From a virus: DNA of 38,998 nucleotides. The stretch lies in IMG/VR virus record IMGVR_UViG_3300017694_000011, positions 1 through 38,998 of that record. One strand, 5' to 3'. The first letter of the stretch is position 1. Each line of letters opens with the position of its first letter. Of this stretch, positions 14,574 through 23,616 are shown in pieces. The translations under genes were made by a program, and so were the position numbers. A model generated the notes under the pieces. The model was given only the letters and a program-made list of their open reading frames with translations, was not told the origin of the DNA and ran no database searches.

Positions 14574-15907
14574 TGAAGCTAGAAATTGCCACGCCGCGCT
14601 GGGCGCTGCCCTTTCTGGAACCGGCAAGGTACAAGGCAGCTTTCGGAGGGCGTGGTTCGGGAAAATCCCATTTCTTCGCTGAACTGTTGGTTGAGCGCTG
14701 CATCCTTAAAAAAACCCGCGCCGTCTGCATTCGCGAGGTGCAAATATCGCTGAAAGAGTCGGTACGGCAGTTGATCGTGGACAAGATCACGGCACTAGGC
14801 GTGCAGGATATGTTTGAGGTGTTGGAGGCAGAGATACGCGCGCCGCACGGGGGCCTTATCATCTTTCGCGGTATGCAGGCGTACAACGCGGAGACGATCA
14901 AGTCGTTGGAAGGTTATGACATCGCCTTTATCGAGGAAGCGCAGACGCTATCAGCCACGTCACTGCGAATGCTGCGCCCCACGATCCGTGCGCCAGGGTC
15001 GGAGATTTGGGCGGCATGGAACCCGCGCCACGATACGGACCCGATTGACGATTTCTTCCGTGGCAGCGCGCCTCCACAGAACGCGGTAATTGCGCGGGTC
15101 AACTGGTCAGAGAACCCGTTCTTCCCCGCCGAGCTGCGCCAGGAAATGCAGGACGATCGCAAGCGCGACCCTGAGATGGCTGCGCACGTCTGGGACGGAG
15201 GCTATGAAATCATGTCGGAGGGCGCCTATTACGCCGCCCTACTGGCTACAGCGGACAACGAGGGGCGTATCGGCGACTTCCCCTATGATCCTGCCTTGCC
15301 GGTCATTACCGGCTGGGACATCGGCGTAGATGATTATACGGCCATTTGGTTCGCACAGGAGAATGGCAGCCAGATACGCTTCATCGACTATTTCGAGACT
15401 AGCGGTGAGGGCGTGGAGGAAATCGTATCCCAAGCGCTGCCAGAGCTTGTGGCGGCGGCAAAGCGCATGTCGGACCGTGCCACGATGTACCGCTACGGTC
15501 GCCACTTCCTGCCGCATGACGTGAAGGTGCGGGAGTGGGGCGCTGGCCGATCGCGGCTGACGACGCTGCAAGAGAATGGCGTGAAGCCGATCAACATCGG
15601 CATCGCATCGGGACCGGCTGAACGCATCAACGCCAGCCGCCGCATTCTGCCCATGGCCTATTTCAATCAAGCGACATGCTCGCAGGGAATCAAGCGCTTG
15701 AGAGGTTACTCGCGCCGGTTCAACAAGAGCATGGAAACCTACAGCGGTCCGGTGCACGATGAGAACAGCCATGGCGCCGACGCGTTCGGGGAGCTGGCGA
15801 TGAATTGTCACCTGACGCGCCACAAGCAGGTTGAGGTAGCCAAAACCCCTAATGACAGGTATCATAGTACCCGAAAGAATGCGGCGCCGACCAGCGCTTG
15901 GGGTTAA
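14573..15907 (+). CDS. terL: Terminase large subunit (PBSX / Terminase_3-like)
   Basis: Walker A GGRGSGKSHF, Walker B-like DIAFIEEA, and a C-terminal nuclease-like region (WDIGVDD...HD...D); 444 aa. Confidence 0.9.
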   Translation: MKLEIATPRWALPFLEPARYKAAFGGRGSGKSHFFAELLVERCILKKTRAVCIREVQISLKESVRQLIVDKITALGVQDMFEVLEAEIRAPHGGLIIFRGMQAYNAETIKSLEGYDIAFIEEAQTLSATSLRMLRPTIRAPGSEIWAAWNPRHDTDPIDDFFRGSAPPQNAVIARVNWSENPFFPAELRQEMQDDRKRDPEMAAHVWDGGYEIMSEGAYYAALLATADNEGRIGDFPYDPALPVITGWDIGVDDYTAIWFAQENGSQIRFIDYFETSGEGVEEIVSQALPELVAAAKRMSDRATMYRYGRHFLPHDVKVREWGAGRSRLTTLQENGVKPINIGIASGPAERINASRRILPMAYFNQATCSQGIKRLRGYSRRFNKSMETYSGPVHDENSHGADAFGELAMNCHLTRHKQVEVAKTPNDRYHSTRKNAAPTSAWG

Positions 15908-15916
15908 GGACGTAGA

Positions 15917-17869
15917 ATGATCATCCAAGGCGACGCACCGATCCGCACTCCGCATGCCGTGGTTCCGCACGGCCAGATGCGTGGCGACCCGGAGACGGGT
16001 GTCGTGACGGCGGGTGATGGCGATGACGATGGCCTGAAAGCCCCCAACATCAACACGCTTCGCCGCATGTTCGATAATGCGCGCGACCTGACGGACGAAG
16101 CACGGCGCGATCAGCAGCTTGATCAGGACTATTACGACGGCCCAGCGCAGCTGAACGCAGAAATTCGAGATATCCTGAAGAGCCGTGGTCAGCCGCCGAT
16201 CTTCGACAATCGCATTGCCCCCGCGATCGACGGTATTCTTGGTGTGATGGAGACGGGCAAGACAGATCCACGCGCATTCCCGCGTAACCCTGAGGATCAG
16301 GCCAGCGCGGACGTGGCTACCAAGGCGCTGCGGTTCATTGCTGATACCACACGCTGGACCTCTACCCGCATGGATTGCGCAGAGGACTACCTCAAACAGG
16401 GCTTGAGCGCTGCGATCGTTGAGTGGTCGGGCCAGGACGTTAGCGTCCAGCAAATTCGCTGGGAAACGTTCTTCTACGATCCCACGTCGCGTCGTACTGA
16501 TTTCAAAGACGCCAAATATCTTGGTATCGCCAAGTGGATGCACGCGGACGAGGTGAAGCAGCACCCGGATTATGGCGAACGTGCCCGGATGCTTGGTGAC
16601 CTGACACAGGTCGACCCAAGTGCCGTCGAAGAGACGTGGCAGGACCGACCGGAGGACCAAATACGCTGGTCCGACAAGCGTGCGCAGCGCGTGCTGGTCG
16701 TCGAGATGTACTACCGGCACGGCGCCGAATGGCTGCGGTGCGTTTTCTGTGGCGCTGGCTGGCTGGAGTTCGATCGCTCCCCCTACCGGAACGCCAAGAC
16801 CGGTGAAACGCGGTGCCCGATTGAGGCGCAATCGTTCAAGGTCGATCGTCGCAATAACCGCTACGGCCCTATCCGCAATATGCGGCCGATGCAGGACGAG
16901 GTGAATGCCCGCCGTTCGCGTGGCCTGCATCTGCTGAACAGTCGCCAGGTCCAGCAGACCGACATGAATGCACCGCCTGTCGATGCGGATGAGGTGCGCC
17001 GAGAAGCCGCGCGCGCCGATGGTGTCATCCCGCAGGGTTGGCAATCGGTTAGCGCCACCGACATGGCGACCGGCAATCTGAACATGCTGACGGAGGCCAA
17101 GGACAGCCTTAGCCGCATGGTGCCAGTGGCGATTGCGCAGGACTTGCGAGAAGGCGGGGCTTCGTCCGGCCGCGCTCGGCAAGTCGCGCAACAAGCAGGG
17201 TTGACCCAATTCGGGCGCGGCTTCGGGCGGTTCGATGACTTCGAACAGCGCATGTACCAGCAGATGTGGATGTGTGCGCAGCAGTTCCAGCAGGACCCGT
17301 GGTGGGTCAGGGTTACGGACAATCCGCGCGCGCCGGAATTCTTGCAGGTCAATGAGCCGGTGATGGGCATCGTGATGCAGCCTGTTCCCAATCCTGCTAC
17401 CGGGCAGCCTGCGGTTGACCCCAGGACCGGCCAGCCGATGATGCAGGCAGCAGAGGGCATTGTCGGGTACAACAACCGCATCGCCGAGATGGACATGGAC
17501 ATCATCATCGCCACGACGCCGGATACGGTGGCGCTGGAGACTGAGACGTTTGAAGCTATCATGGGGCTAGTGCAGTCGGGCGTCGATCCGATGTCGCCGG
17601 TATTCCAGATCATGTTGGAACTGTCGCCGCTGCCTGACAAGACGCGCGTTATGGAGCGCATCGAGGCGGTTAAGCAGGAAGCGGCGCAGGCGCTTGAAGG
17701 TCAGCAGCAGGCGCAACAACAGCGCCAGCAGCTGGAGGACGGCAAGTTGCAGGCCGATACGGCGCTGACGGTCGCCAAGACCGAAGAGATTACGCTTGGG
17801 TCGAAGATCAGTCTTGCGAATGCGCTTGCAGGGCAAGACGGTTCCTGGTATTCTGATACCGTACAGTAA
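15917..17869 (+). CDS. Portal protein
   Basis: 650 aa, directly after TerL and before the scaffold and coat genes. Q-rich helical C-terminus as in P22-type portal barrels. Call rests on position and size. Confidence 0.7.
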   Translation: MIIQGDAPIRTPHAVVPHGQMRGDPETGVVTAGDGDDDGLKAPNINTLRRMFDNARDLTDEARRDQQLDQDYYDGPAQLNAEIRDILKSRGQPPIFDNRIAPAIDGILGVMETGKTDPRAFPRNPEDQASADVATKALRFIADTTRWTSTRMDCAEDYLKQGLSAAIVEWSGQDVSVQQIRWETFFYDPTSRRTDFKDAKYLGIAKWMHADEVKQHPDYGERARMLGDLTQVDPSAVEETWQDRPEDQIRWSDKRAQRVLVVEMYYRHGAEWLRCVFCGAGWLEFDRSPYRNAKTGETRCPIEAQSFKVDRRNNRYGPIRNMRPMQDEVNARRSRGLHLLNSRQVQQTDMNAPPVDADEVRREAARADGVIPQGWQSVSATDMATGNLNMLTEAKDSLSRMVPVAIAQDLREGGASSGRARQVAQQAGLTQFGRGFGRFDDFEQRMYQQMWMCAQQFQQDPWWVRVTDNPRAPEFLQVNEPVMGIVMQPVPNPATGQPAVDPRTGQPMMQAAEGIVGYNNRIAEMDMDIIIATTPDTVALETETFEAIMGLVQSGVDPMSPVFQIMLELSPLPDKTRVMERIEAVKQEAAQALEGQQQAQQQRQQLEDGKLQADTALTVAKTEEITLGSKISLANALAGQDGSWYSDTVQ

Positions 17870-17978
17870 CCCGCCGCCGGGGTACGGGCGAACCGAGGCC
17901 AGCACTCGTAAAACGCTGGAGGCCGCCGCTACGGGCGTTTCGTCTGTCACCGACGATACTGGTGAGTAGGAGTAAGGC

Positions 17979-18752
17979 ATGGCTGACTTTCTGGATGACG
18001 TGTTCCCCGCTGACGATCAGGAGCAGATGGAAGCTGCACCCGAAGTTGTCGAAGAGGCACCGGCTCCAGAGCCTGTAGAGGAAGCGCCGGTTGAACCGGA
18101 AGGGCTAACTCAGGAAGCCGAGACGCATACTGCCGCCGAGGAAGCCGAAGTACGGCAAGTGCCGCTTAACGTGGTCCTCGACGAACGCGATCGCCGTAAG
18201 GCGGCGGAGCAGGAGCGCGACCGGTACAAGCAGCAGTGGGAAGCGGCGCAACAGCGCCAGCAACCGCAGAATGTGCCCGATCCCTACGATGATCCGCAGG
18301 GGTTTGCCGCATATCAGGAACAGCGCGTTCAGGAAGCTGTCACGCAACAGCGGTTCCAGATGTCGGAGTTGATGGCCAAGCAGCAGCATGGCGAGGAAGT
18401 GGTCACAAAGGCGTCGCAGTGGGCGTTGGAGAGGGCCAATTCCGACCCGACGTTCGCAGCTGCTTATCACCGGCAGGCACACCCCATCGACTGGATCGTC
18501 CAGCAGCACAAGCGGGATGCGATCATGAGCGACATCGGCGACAACGTGGACGACTGGTTCACGCGTGAAGCCGCCAAGCGAGGATATGCACCGGCATCCG
18601 TAGCGGCTGCGGCATCCGCCGTGGCTCAGACCCAACAGGCAACGCCGCCTGTCAAGGTGCCACGGAGCTTGGCGACGCAGGGATCGGGAGATACCGACGT
18701 TCGGCAGGTTGCGAGCGGACCAACGGCAGCGGTAGACGCCCTTTTCTCGTAA
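17979..18752 (+). CDS. Scaffolding protein
   Basis: Acidic, Pro/Glu-rich N-terminus and a Gln/Arg-rich helical body, located between portal and coat. Confidence 0.6.
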   Translation: MADFLDDVFPADDQEQMEAAPEVVEEAPAPEPVEEAPVEPEGLTQEAETHTAAEEAEVRQVPLNVVLDERDRRKAAEQERDRYKQQWEAAQQRQQPQNVPDPYDDPQGFAAYQEQRVQEAVTQQRFQMSELMAKQQHGEEVVTKASQWALERANSDPTFAAAYHRQAHPIDWIVQQHKRDAIMSDIGDNVDDWFTREAAKRGYAPASVAAAASAVAQTQQATPPVKVPRSLATQGSGDTDVRQVASGPTAAVDALFS

Positions 18753-18761
18753 GGACGAGAC

Positions 18762-19895
18762 ATGGCAGAAGTCCAGCTTGCAAATATCAGTGAGCGCTCC
18801 GTATGGAAGCGCGATTTCCTCAAGTCCTATACCCGCCAGTCGGGTTTCGCCCCTTATATGGGGCGTTCGTCGGCGTCGATCATCCGCATCCTATCGGAGC
18901 TGCGGACCGAGGCGGGTGCGACGATCAACGTGCCCCTGATCCTTGAGCTTCGCGGACGCGGCGTCGAAGGCGCCGAAGTCCTCGAAGGCAACGAAGAGGA
19001 GATGGAGAACTTCGGCGATCAGGTGCGCGTCAACTGGAAGCGCAACGGCGTCGTCGTGCCCAAGTCGACCAGCTTCAAGACCGAAATCGACCTGCTCAAC
19101 GCGGCGCGCGAGCGTCTCGTTATCTGGGCGAAGAACCGGCTGCGTGACGATCTGATCAACGCGCTTCAGTCGATCATCATCCCGGGCGGGCTGGATGCTG
19201 ACGGTTCGCCGTTGGGCGACACGGGCGTGCTGTACGCCACGTCGACGGCTGCGCAGCGCAATGCCTATTTGGCGGCGAACATTGATCGCGTCCTGTTCGG
19301 CATCGATACCGCCAATTCGTCGTCGGGCAACTGGGCTACGTCGCTCGGCAACGTCGATACCACTAACGATCGCATGTCGGCGGCGGTGATCGACCTTGCC
19401 AAGTCGCTGGCGAAGGAAACCACGAACAACCCGAACGGCATGGCAATCAATCCCTACCAGTCGGACGCTACCGCCGGTCGGGAATGGTACGTCATGTTCA
19501 TGGGTTCGCGGGCCTTCTCGCAGGCAACCCGTGATCCGCTGATCGCACAGGCCGATCGTGACGCGCGCGAACGCGGCGTGGACAGCAACCCGATTTTCCA
19601 GGGCGGCGACCGCATCTACAACGGCGTGATCCTGCGCGAAATCCCGGAACTGCGGCCTTTGCAGGGTGTCGGCGCAGCCGGCGCCAGCGTGGACCGGTCG
19701 TTCCTGTGCGGTGCTGGCGCAATCGCGCTGGCATATGGTCAGGACCCGACGCCCAAGTCGGACCGCGACCGCGACTACGGGTTCCGTCCGGGTGTTGCGA
19801 TCGAAGAACTGCGCGGACAGAAGAAGACCAGCTTCACCGGCGTCAATTACGGCCTCGTGGAAGTGTTCACCGCGTCGACCCCGATCGGCCAGTAA
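18762..19895 (+). CDS. Major capsid protein
   Basis: 377 aa, with a strong SD, in the canonical position after the scaffold gene. Confidence 0.7.
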   Translation: MAEVQLANISERSVWKRDFLKSYTRQSGFAPYMGRSSASIIRILSELRTEAGATINVPLILELRGRGVEGAEVLEGNEEEMENFGDQVRVNWKRNGVVVPKSTSFKTEIDLLNAARERLVIWAKNRLRDDLINALQSIIIPGGLDADGSPLGDTGVLYATSTAAQRNAYLAANIDRVLFGIDTANSSSGNWATSLGNVDTTNDRMSAAVIDLAKSLAKETTNNPNGMAINPYQSDATAGREWYVMFMGSRAFSQATRDPLIAQADRDARERGVDSNPIFQGGDRIYNGVILREIPELRPLQGVGAAGASVDRSFLCGAGAIALAYGQDPTPKSDRDRDYGFRPGVAIEELRGQKKTSFTGVNYGLVEVFTASTPIGQ

Positions 19896-19907
19896 GGAGC
19901 AATCATC

Positions 19908-20381
19908 ATGGCGAATTTCCTCTCTGTTCAGATGACCGCTCCGCGTGCGCCCGTTTCGGGTCCGGGGATCGGTGGCCGCTCGCTCAAGGTAGAGCGTGCG
20001 GAAATCAACCTCGCCACGCTGGGCGCTCTGGCTGTTGGCGATACGGTGGAGCTTTTTAAGCTGCACCCGAAGTTCCGGGTTCGCTCGGGCTTCGTCAAGA
20101 TTGTCGGGGGCTCTGGTGCTGGCACCACCTATACGGTAGGCGATCGCGGCGGCGGTGGCGCAACGGCTGATCCGGCGCGCTATTTTACGTCGGCTTCGAT
20201 GGCGGCTGCGGGTTCGAACGTCACTCTCGCAGAAGCCGGTCGCGATTTCCTGACCTCGCCTAACACGCGCGGTGGTTCGGGCCAGTACACCACCGTTGTG
20301 CTGACGGTTGGTGGTGCCACCACTAATGCCACTGGCACCGTCACCGTGGTGCTGGACGGCTATGTCGAGGAGCCGTACTGA
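19908..20381 (+). CDS. Possible capsid decoration or cement protein
   Basis: 157 aa, Gly/Thr-rich and beta-type in composition, immediately after the coat gene with AAGGAG upstream. Function inferred from position only. Confidence 0.35.
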   Translation: MANFLSVQMTAPRAPVSGPGIGGRSLKVERAEINLATLGALAVGDTVELFKLHPKFRVRSGFVKIVGGSGAGTTYTVGDRGGGGATADPARYFTSASMAAAGSNVTLAEAGRDFLTSPNTRGGSGQYTTVVLTVGGATTNATGTVTVVLDGYVEEPY

Positions 20382-20716
20382 TGGCAAAGGTGACTTGGCT
20401 CGGTGACAGCGACCCCATGGCGAATACGGTTACCGTTGGTGACCGCACCTTCGTCAAGGGCGTGGCTGTTGAAGTTCCCGATAAGGAGCTTGGCAAGCTT
20501 AAGGACAACCCGACCTTCTCTACCGAAGCGGACGCAAAGGCTGTGGAAGCCGATGAGCCGTCTAAGGAGGAGCGGGAGGACCGCGCCGAACACGGCACCG
20601 TCAAGGCAGCGCTTCGTGACAAGCTGCGCGATCTTGGCGTGACGATCCAGGGCAACCCTTCGGAGGATACGCTGCGTGCGCGTCTGGCGAAGGAACTGGC
20701 TTCAAAGGAAGGCTGA
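20381..20716 (+). CDS. Hypothetical virion-module protein, 111 aa
   Basis: Track ORF with overlapping stop/start junctions on both sides. Confidence 0.6.
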   Translation: MAKVTWLGDSDPMANTVTVGDRTFVKGVAVEVPDKELGKLKDNPTFSTEADAKAVEADEPSKEEREDRAEHGTVKAALRDKLRDLGVTIQGNPSEDTLRARLAKELASKEG

Positions 20717-21378
20717 TGCCCACCGCTCGCACCATCGTAACCCTTGCTCTACGAAAGCTGGGCCGCGTCGGTAGCGGGCGGGAGCCGCGCCCGGTAGATA
20801 CGGCAGATGGGTTTGAGACCCTTGTGTCGCTCTACCGGGGGTGGATCAACTCTGGCGCCTTCGGGCGTTTGCGCGATGTGGTCCCCACTGGCGCTTATGT
20901 AGCGACGGGGAATGAGCGCATCTTGCGCATGTCTGGAGAGCAGCTGGAGGTGACGCTGCCCGAGGTGCTGGCGCTTTATGAAGATAGGCGGCGTTGCTGC
21001 ATTGGCACGGTATTGCTGATCGCCAGCGATGGCACTACGATCGTACAGCAGGCGCAGCCGATTGCCTATCATCTGACCACCCCTAAAGATTTGTCACCCG
21101 TTGTCATCACGGACACGGCAACTGGCAATGTCGCTGATTACATCTATGATGGCTCAATGAAGAAGTGGGTTCCGCTGTGGAACCTCGACATTGATGATGA
21201 GGCGCCGCTGTCGTTTCGCGATAGCAATGGACTAGCCGCCTGTCTAGCGGTAGAGTTGGCGGATCAGTTTGGCGCGGATATTACTGCGACGACCGCATTG
21301 TCATCTGCCCATTTCAAGTCTGCAATGGTCACTGGATTTAGCAACCCCCGGCGGGAAGCAGTTGGAGTGTTTATCTGA
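20716..21378 (+). CDS. P22 gp4-like head-to-tail adaptor (tail accessory factor)
   Basis: The N-terminus ARTIVTLALRKLGRVGSGREP..D....ETLVSLYRGWINSG parallels my recollection of P22 gp4 (..VRAALRKLGV.......D..L..MMAEWYQDG). Confidence 0.5.
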   Translation: MPTARTIVTLALRKLGRVGSGREPRPVDTADGFETLVSLYRGWINSGAFGRLRDVVPTGAYVATGNERILRMSGEQLEVTLPEVLALYEDRRRCCIGTVLLIASDGTTIVQQAQPIAYHLTTPKDLSPVVITDTATGNVADYIYDGSMKKWVPLWNLDIDDEAPLSFRDSNGLAACLAVELADQFGADITATTALSSAHFKSAMVTGFSNPRREAVGVFI

Positions 21379-21740
21379 TGGGTGTGCCGCTGAACTTTCA
21401 GAACGCCATTCCAGTATATGGGGTGGATTTAAGTGGGAACCCGGTAGCAGCTGGACAAACCAGCCAGCCGGCGTTGGGCGCTGGCACAGATCGCAGTGGT
21501 TCTATTGCAGCAGGTGGCACGGCGCAGCAGCTTGCCCCGGCCAATCCGAACCGACGTTTTCTTCGTGGTCAGAACCTGTCGACTGGCGACCTGTGGCTGA
21601 ACGAGGTGGGCGGTTCGGCGTCCGCTGCGACGCCATCCTACCGCGTCCCCGCTGGCGGCACGTTCGGCATCAACACCAACCAGGCGGTCAGCATATGGGG
21701 CGCCACCACCGGCCAGGCATGGTCGGCGACGGAGGGCTGA
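21378..21740 (+). CDS. Hypothetical virion protein, 120 aa
   Basis: Track ORF, translationally coupled to the previous gene. Confidence 0.55.
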   Translation: MGVPLNFQNAIPVYGVDLSGNPVAAGQTSQPALGAGTDRSGSIAAGGTAQQLAPANPNRRFLRGQNLSTGDLWLNEVGGSASAATPSYRVPAGGTFGINTNQAVSIWGATTGQAWSATEG

Positions 21741-21743
21741 GCA

Positions 21744-22874
21744 ATGGAGATTGGCTACCCGTCGAGCGCCGCAACGCCCAGCACGATCATCAACCTCAAG
21801 CCGTCAAACACGACCAAGTTCCGGTCGGCGATGGCGCGCACCGATCGCAATGCCGTGGTGGCCTGCATCGGGCCATCGACGACAGCGGGTCAGTCGACCG
21901 GCGCGGGCACGTCTCAGGCGGTGATTTCGTGGCCGATGCGCGCGGCTGCGTTGTTGCAACAGCAGGGTATCCCGGCCGGAGCTGGCAACTGGTTCGGCGA
22001 CAAGGGGCGCTGGGGCGGCAGCGGCGGCGTAGACGGCCTGACCGCAGGCGACGGGCGTCTGTCGTTCACCGGCGCGACTGCCCGAGCTGGTGCGGACAGC
22101 GCAGGCGGCAACCCCATCTCGTTCGCCGCTGCCGGGACACTGACCTTCACCCCGCAGATCGGCGTCACGAAGTTCGACATCTTCCTGCGCAACAGCGCGG
22201 CCACGGGCCAGATCAATGCCACGGTTGACGGGGGCGCGGCTACGGCGGTGAATGCCACGAACGCAACGCCCAACATCAAGAAGGTGACGATCGACGCGGG
22301 CGCGCTCGGCACCCATGCCCTGACGCTGACCTGGGTGTCGGGGACCGTGTTCGTCATCGGCGTCAGCGGATACGACGATACGGGCGGGCGCCGGGAGATT
22401 AGCTTCTACAACTGGGGCATCAGCGGGGCTCCGTCGTCGCGCTTCTTGCTCGACGCCTCGAACGGGATCGGCAACGTCAGCTTCACGGCTTTCGTGGCTC
22501 CCGACATGGTTATCCTCGACGATCTGCCGATCAATGACTGGCGGCAGTCGGTGCCGTTGGCGACCAGCAAGTCCAACATTACAACGCTCGTGCAGCAGGG
22601 TAAGGTGACCGGCGCAACGGTCGTTCTGACGACGCCGCTCTGGGACGCCAACACGGGCGGCTTTTCGCTTCAGCAGGACGCGTACGCTGCCATGGTAGCG
22701 GACGTGGCGGCGGAACAGGATATCCCGCTGCTCGACGTCCGAGCCGCGTGGGTGTCGTATGCAATCGCCAATGGTCTAGGCTGGTACAGCGACAGCGTGC
22801 ATCCGGCGGCGCTCGGATACAATGTGAAAGCCATTGCGGTCACCGAATTCATTCGTCGTGTGAGGGCGATCTGA
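21744..22874 (+). CDS. SGNH/GDSL-type hydrolase (esterase), probably virion-associated
   Basis: Block I-like CIGPSTTAG, block III-like ILDDLPINDW, block V DSVHP; 376 aa inside the tail-gene run. Confidence 0.6.
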   Translation: MEIGYPSSAATPSTIINLKPSNTTKFRSAMARTDRNAVVACIGPSTTAGQSTGAGTSQAVISWPMRAAALLQQQGIPAGAGNWFGDKGRWGGSGGVDGLTAGDGRLSFTGATARAGADSAGGNPISFAAAGTLTFTPQIGVTKFDIFLRNSAATGQINATVDGGAATAVNATNATPNIKKVTIDAGALGTHALTLTWVSGTVFVIGVSGYDDTGGRREISFYNWGISGAPSSRFLLDASNGIGNVSFTAFVAPDMVILDDLPINDWRQSVPLATSKSNITTLVQQGKVTGATVVLTTPLWDANTGGFSLQQDAYAAMVADVAAEQDIPLLDVRAAWVSYAIANGLGWYSDSVHPAALGYNVKAIAVTEFIRRVRAI

Positions 22875-23443
22875 TGGACATCTCCAGCCCCTTTTACACC
22901 GCTACCGTCGATGAGATGAAGGCGGCAATCCTGCCTGATTTGCAGTCGACAATCGACCAAAGGTTCGCTGGTCTGCCCATCCAGTTCGTGAACGACGGCG
23001 CATTCCAGACCGTCGCGCAGCTTCTTGCCAACTTCCCTCCTACCGTGGCACTGCGCGGCAAATATGGCCGCGTCAGCGATCTGTGGGGCAACGTGCAGAC
23101 GGTGATGGTCTGCGAAGGTGACTCTTCCGGATATTACTGGCGCCCGCAGCGTCAAGACTATGCGCCGGCTCCTATCACAGCAACTAGCGGATCAATGCAG
23201 CTTATCCCGCTGGTTACTGCGCCAATCATCAATCTGACCGGCACATTGATAGGCAATATTTCGGTCACGCCACAGACGACGAATGTTTGGCCCGGAGCGA
23301 CTTTTACGGTCACATCTAACAGCGTGCTGGGCCTGTTTGGCATCAATCTGACAGGACTCGTCGGCGGCGGCACTGTGCCTCTTTTGTCCGGCGGTATTCG
23401 AACGCTGACCTATTTTTCTGGAACAGGGTGGAAAGCATCATGA
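22874..23443 (+). CDS. Hypothetical tail-module protein, 189 aa
   Basis: In-frame ATG overlapping the previous stop (TGATG). The longer track ORF start lies inside the upstream gene. Confidence 0.55.
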   Translation: MDISSPFYTATVDEMKAAILPDLQSTIDQRFAGLPIQFVNDGAFQTVAQLLANFPPTVALRGKYGRVSDLWGNVQTVMVCEGDSSGYYWRPQRQDYAPAPITATSGSMQLIPLVTAPIINLTGTLIGNISVTPQTTNVWPGATFTVTSNSVLGLFGINLTGLVGGGTVPLLSGGIRTLTYFSGTGWKAS

Positions 23444-23616
23444 GCGATTTTCAGATTGGTGATGAGCTTTTCGGCTATCCTGTCATTGGGCTGACCGACA
23501 CCACTGTTGCCGTTCGGTTGCCCGGTAACTTGAAGCTCGATTTTGACCGAAGCCAGTTTGGTGAGGGTGTTCGCTTCGTACTCCAGCAAGCAGGCCAATG
23601 GGTTCCCAAGGGATGA
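23440..23616 (+). CDS. Hypothetical protein, 58 aa
   Basis: ATGA overlaps at both ends. Confidence 0.5.
   Translation: MSDFQIGDELFGYPVIGLTDTTVAVRLPGNLKLDFDRSQFGEGVRFVLQQAGQWVPKG

Noticed and set aside
15239-17209. 656-aa minus-strand ORF antisense to the TerL and portal genes. Similar long antisense or alternative-frame ORFs occur at 18891..20387 (-), 25779..27089 (-), 21269..22228 (+) and 4041..4727 (+).
   Set aside because: The translations are Arg/Ala/Pro/His-rich low-information sequence with no motifs. They lie opposite or out of frame to genes with strong family signatures. Long spurious ORFs are expected in GC-rich DNA because stop codons are rare.
17870-17978. Possible terminator hairpins between the portal and scaffold genes (CCAGC-n11-GCTGG; CGCC-gctacg-GGCG followed by TTTCGTCT).
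   Set aside because: The stems are only 4-5 bp with large loops and a weak T-tract, which is not convincing by eye. A folding-energy calculation would be needed.
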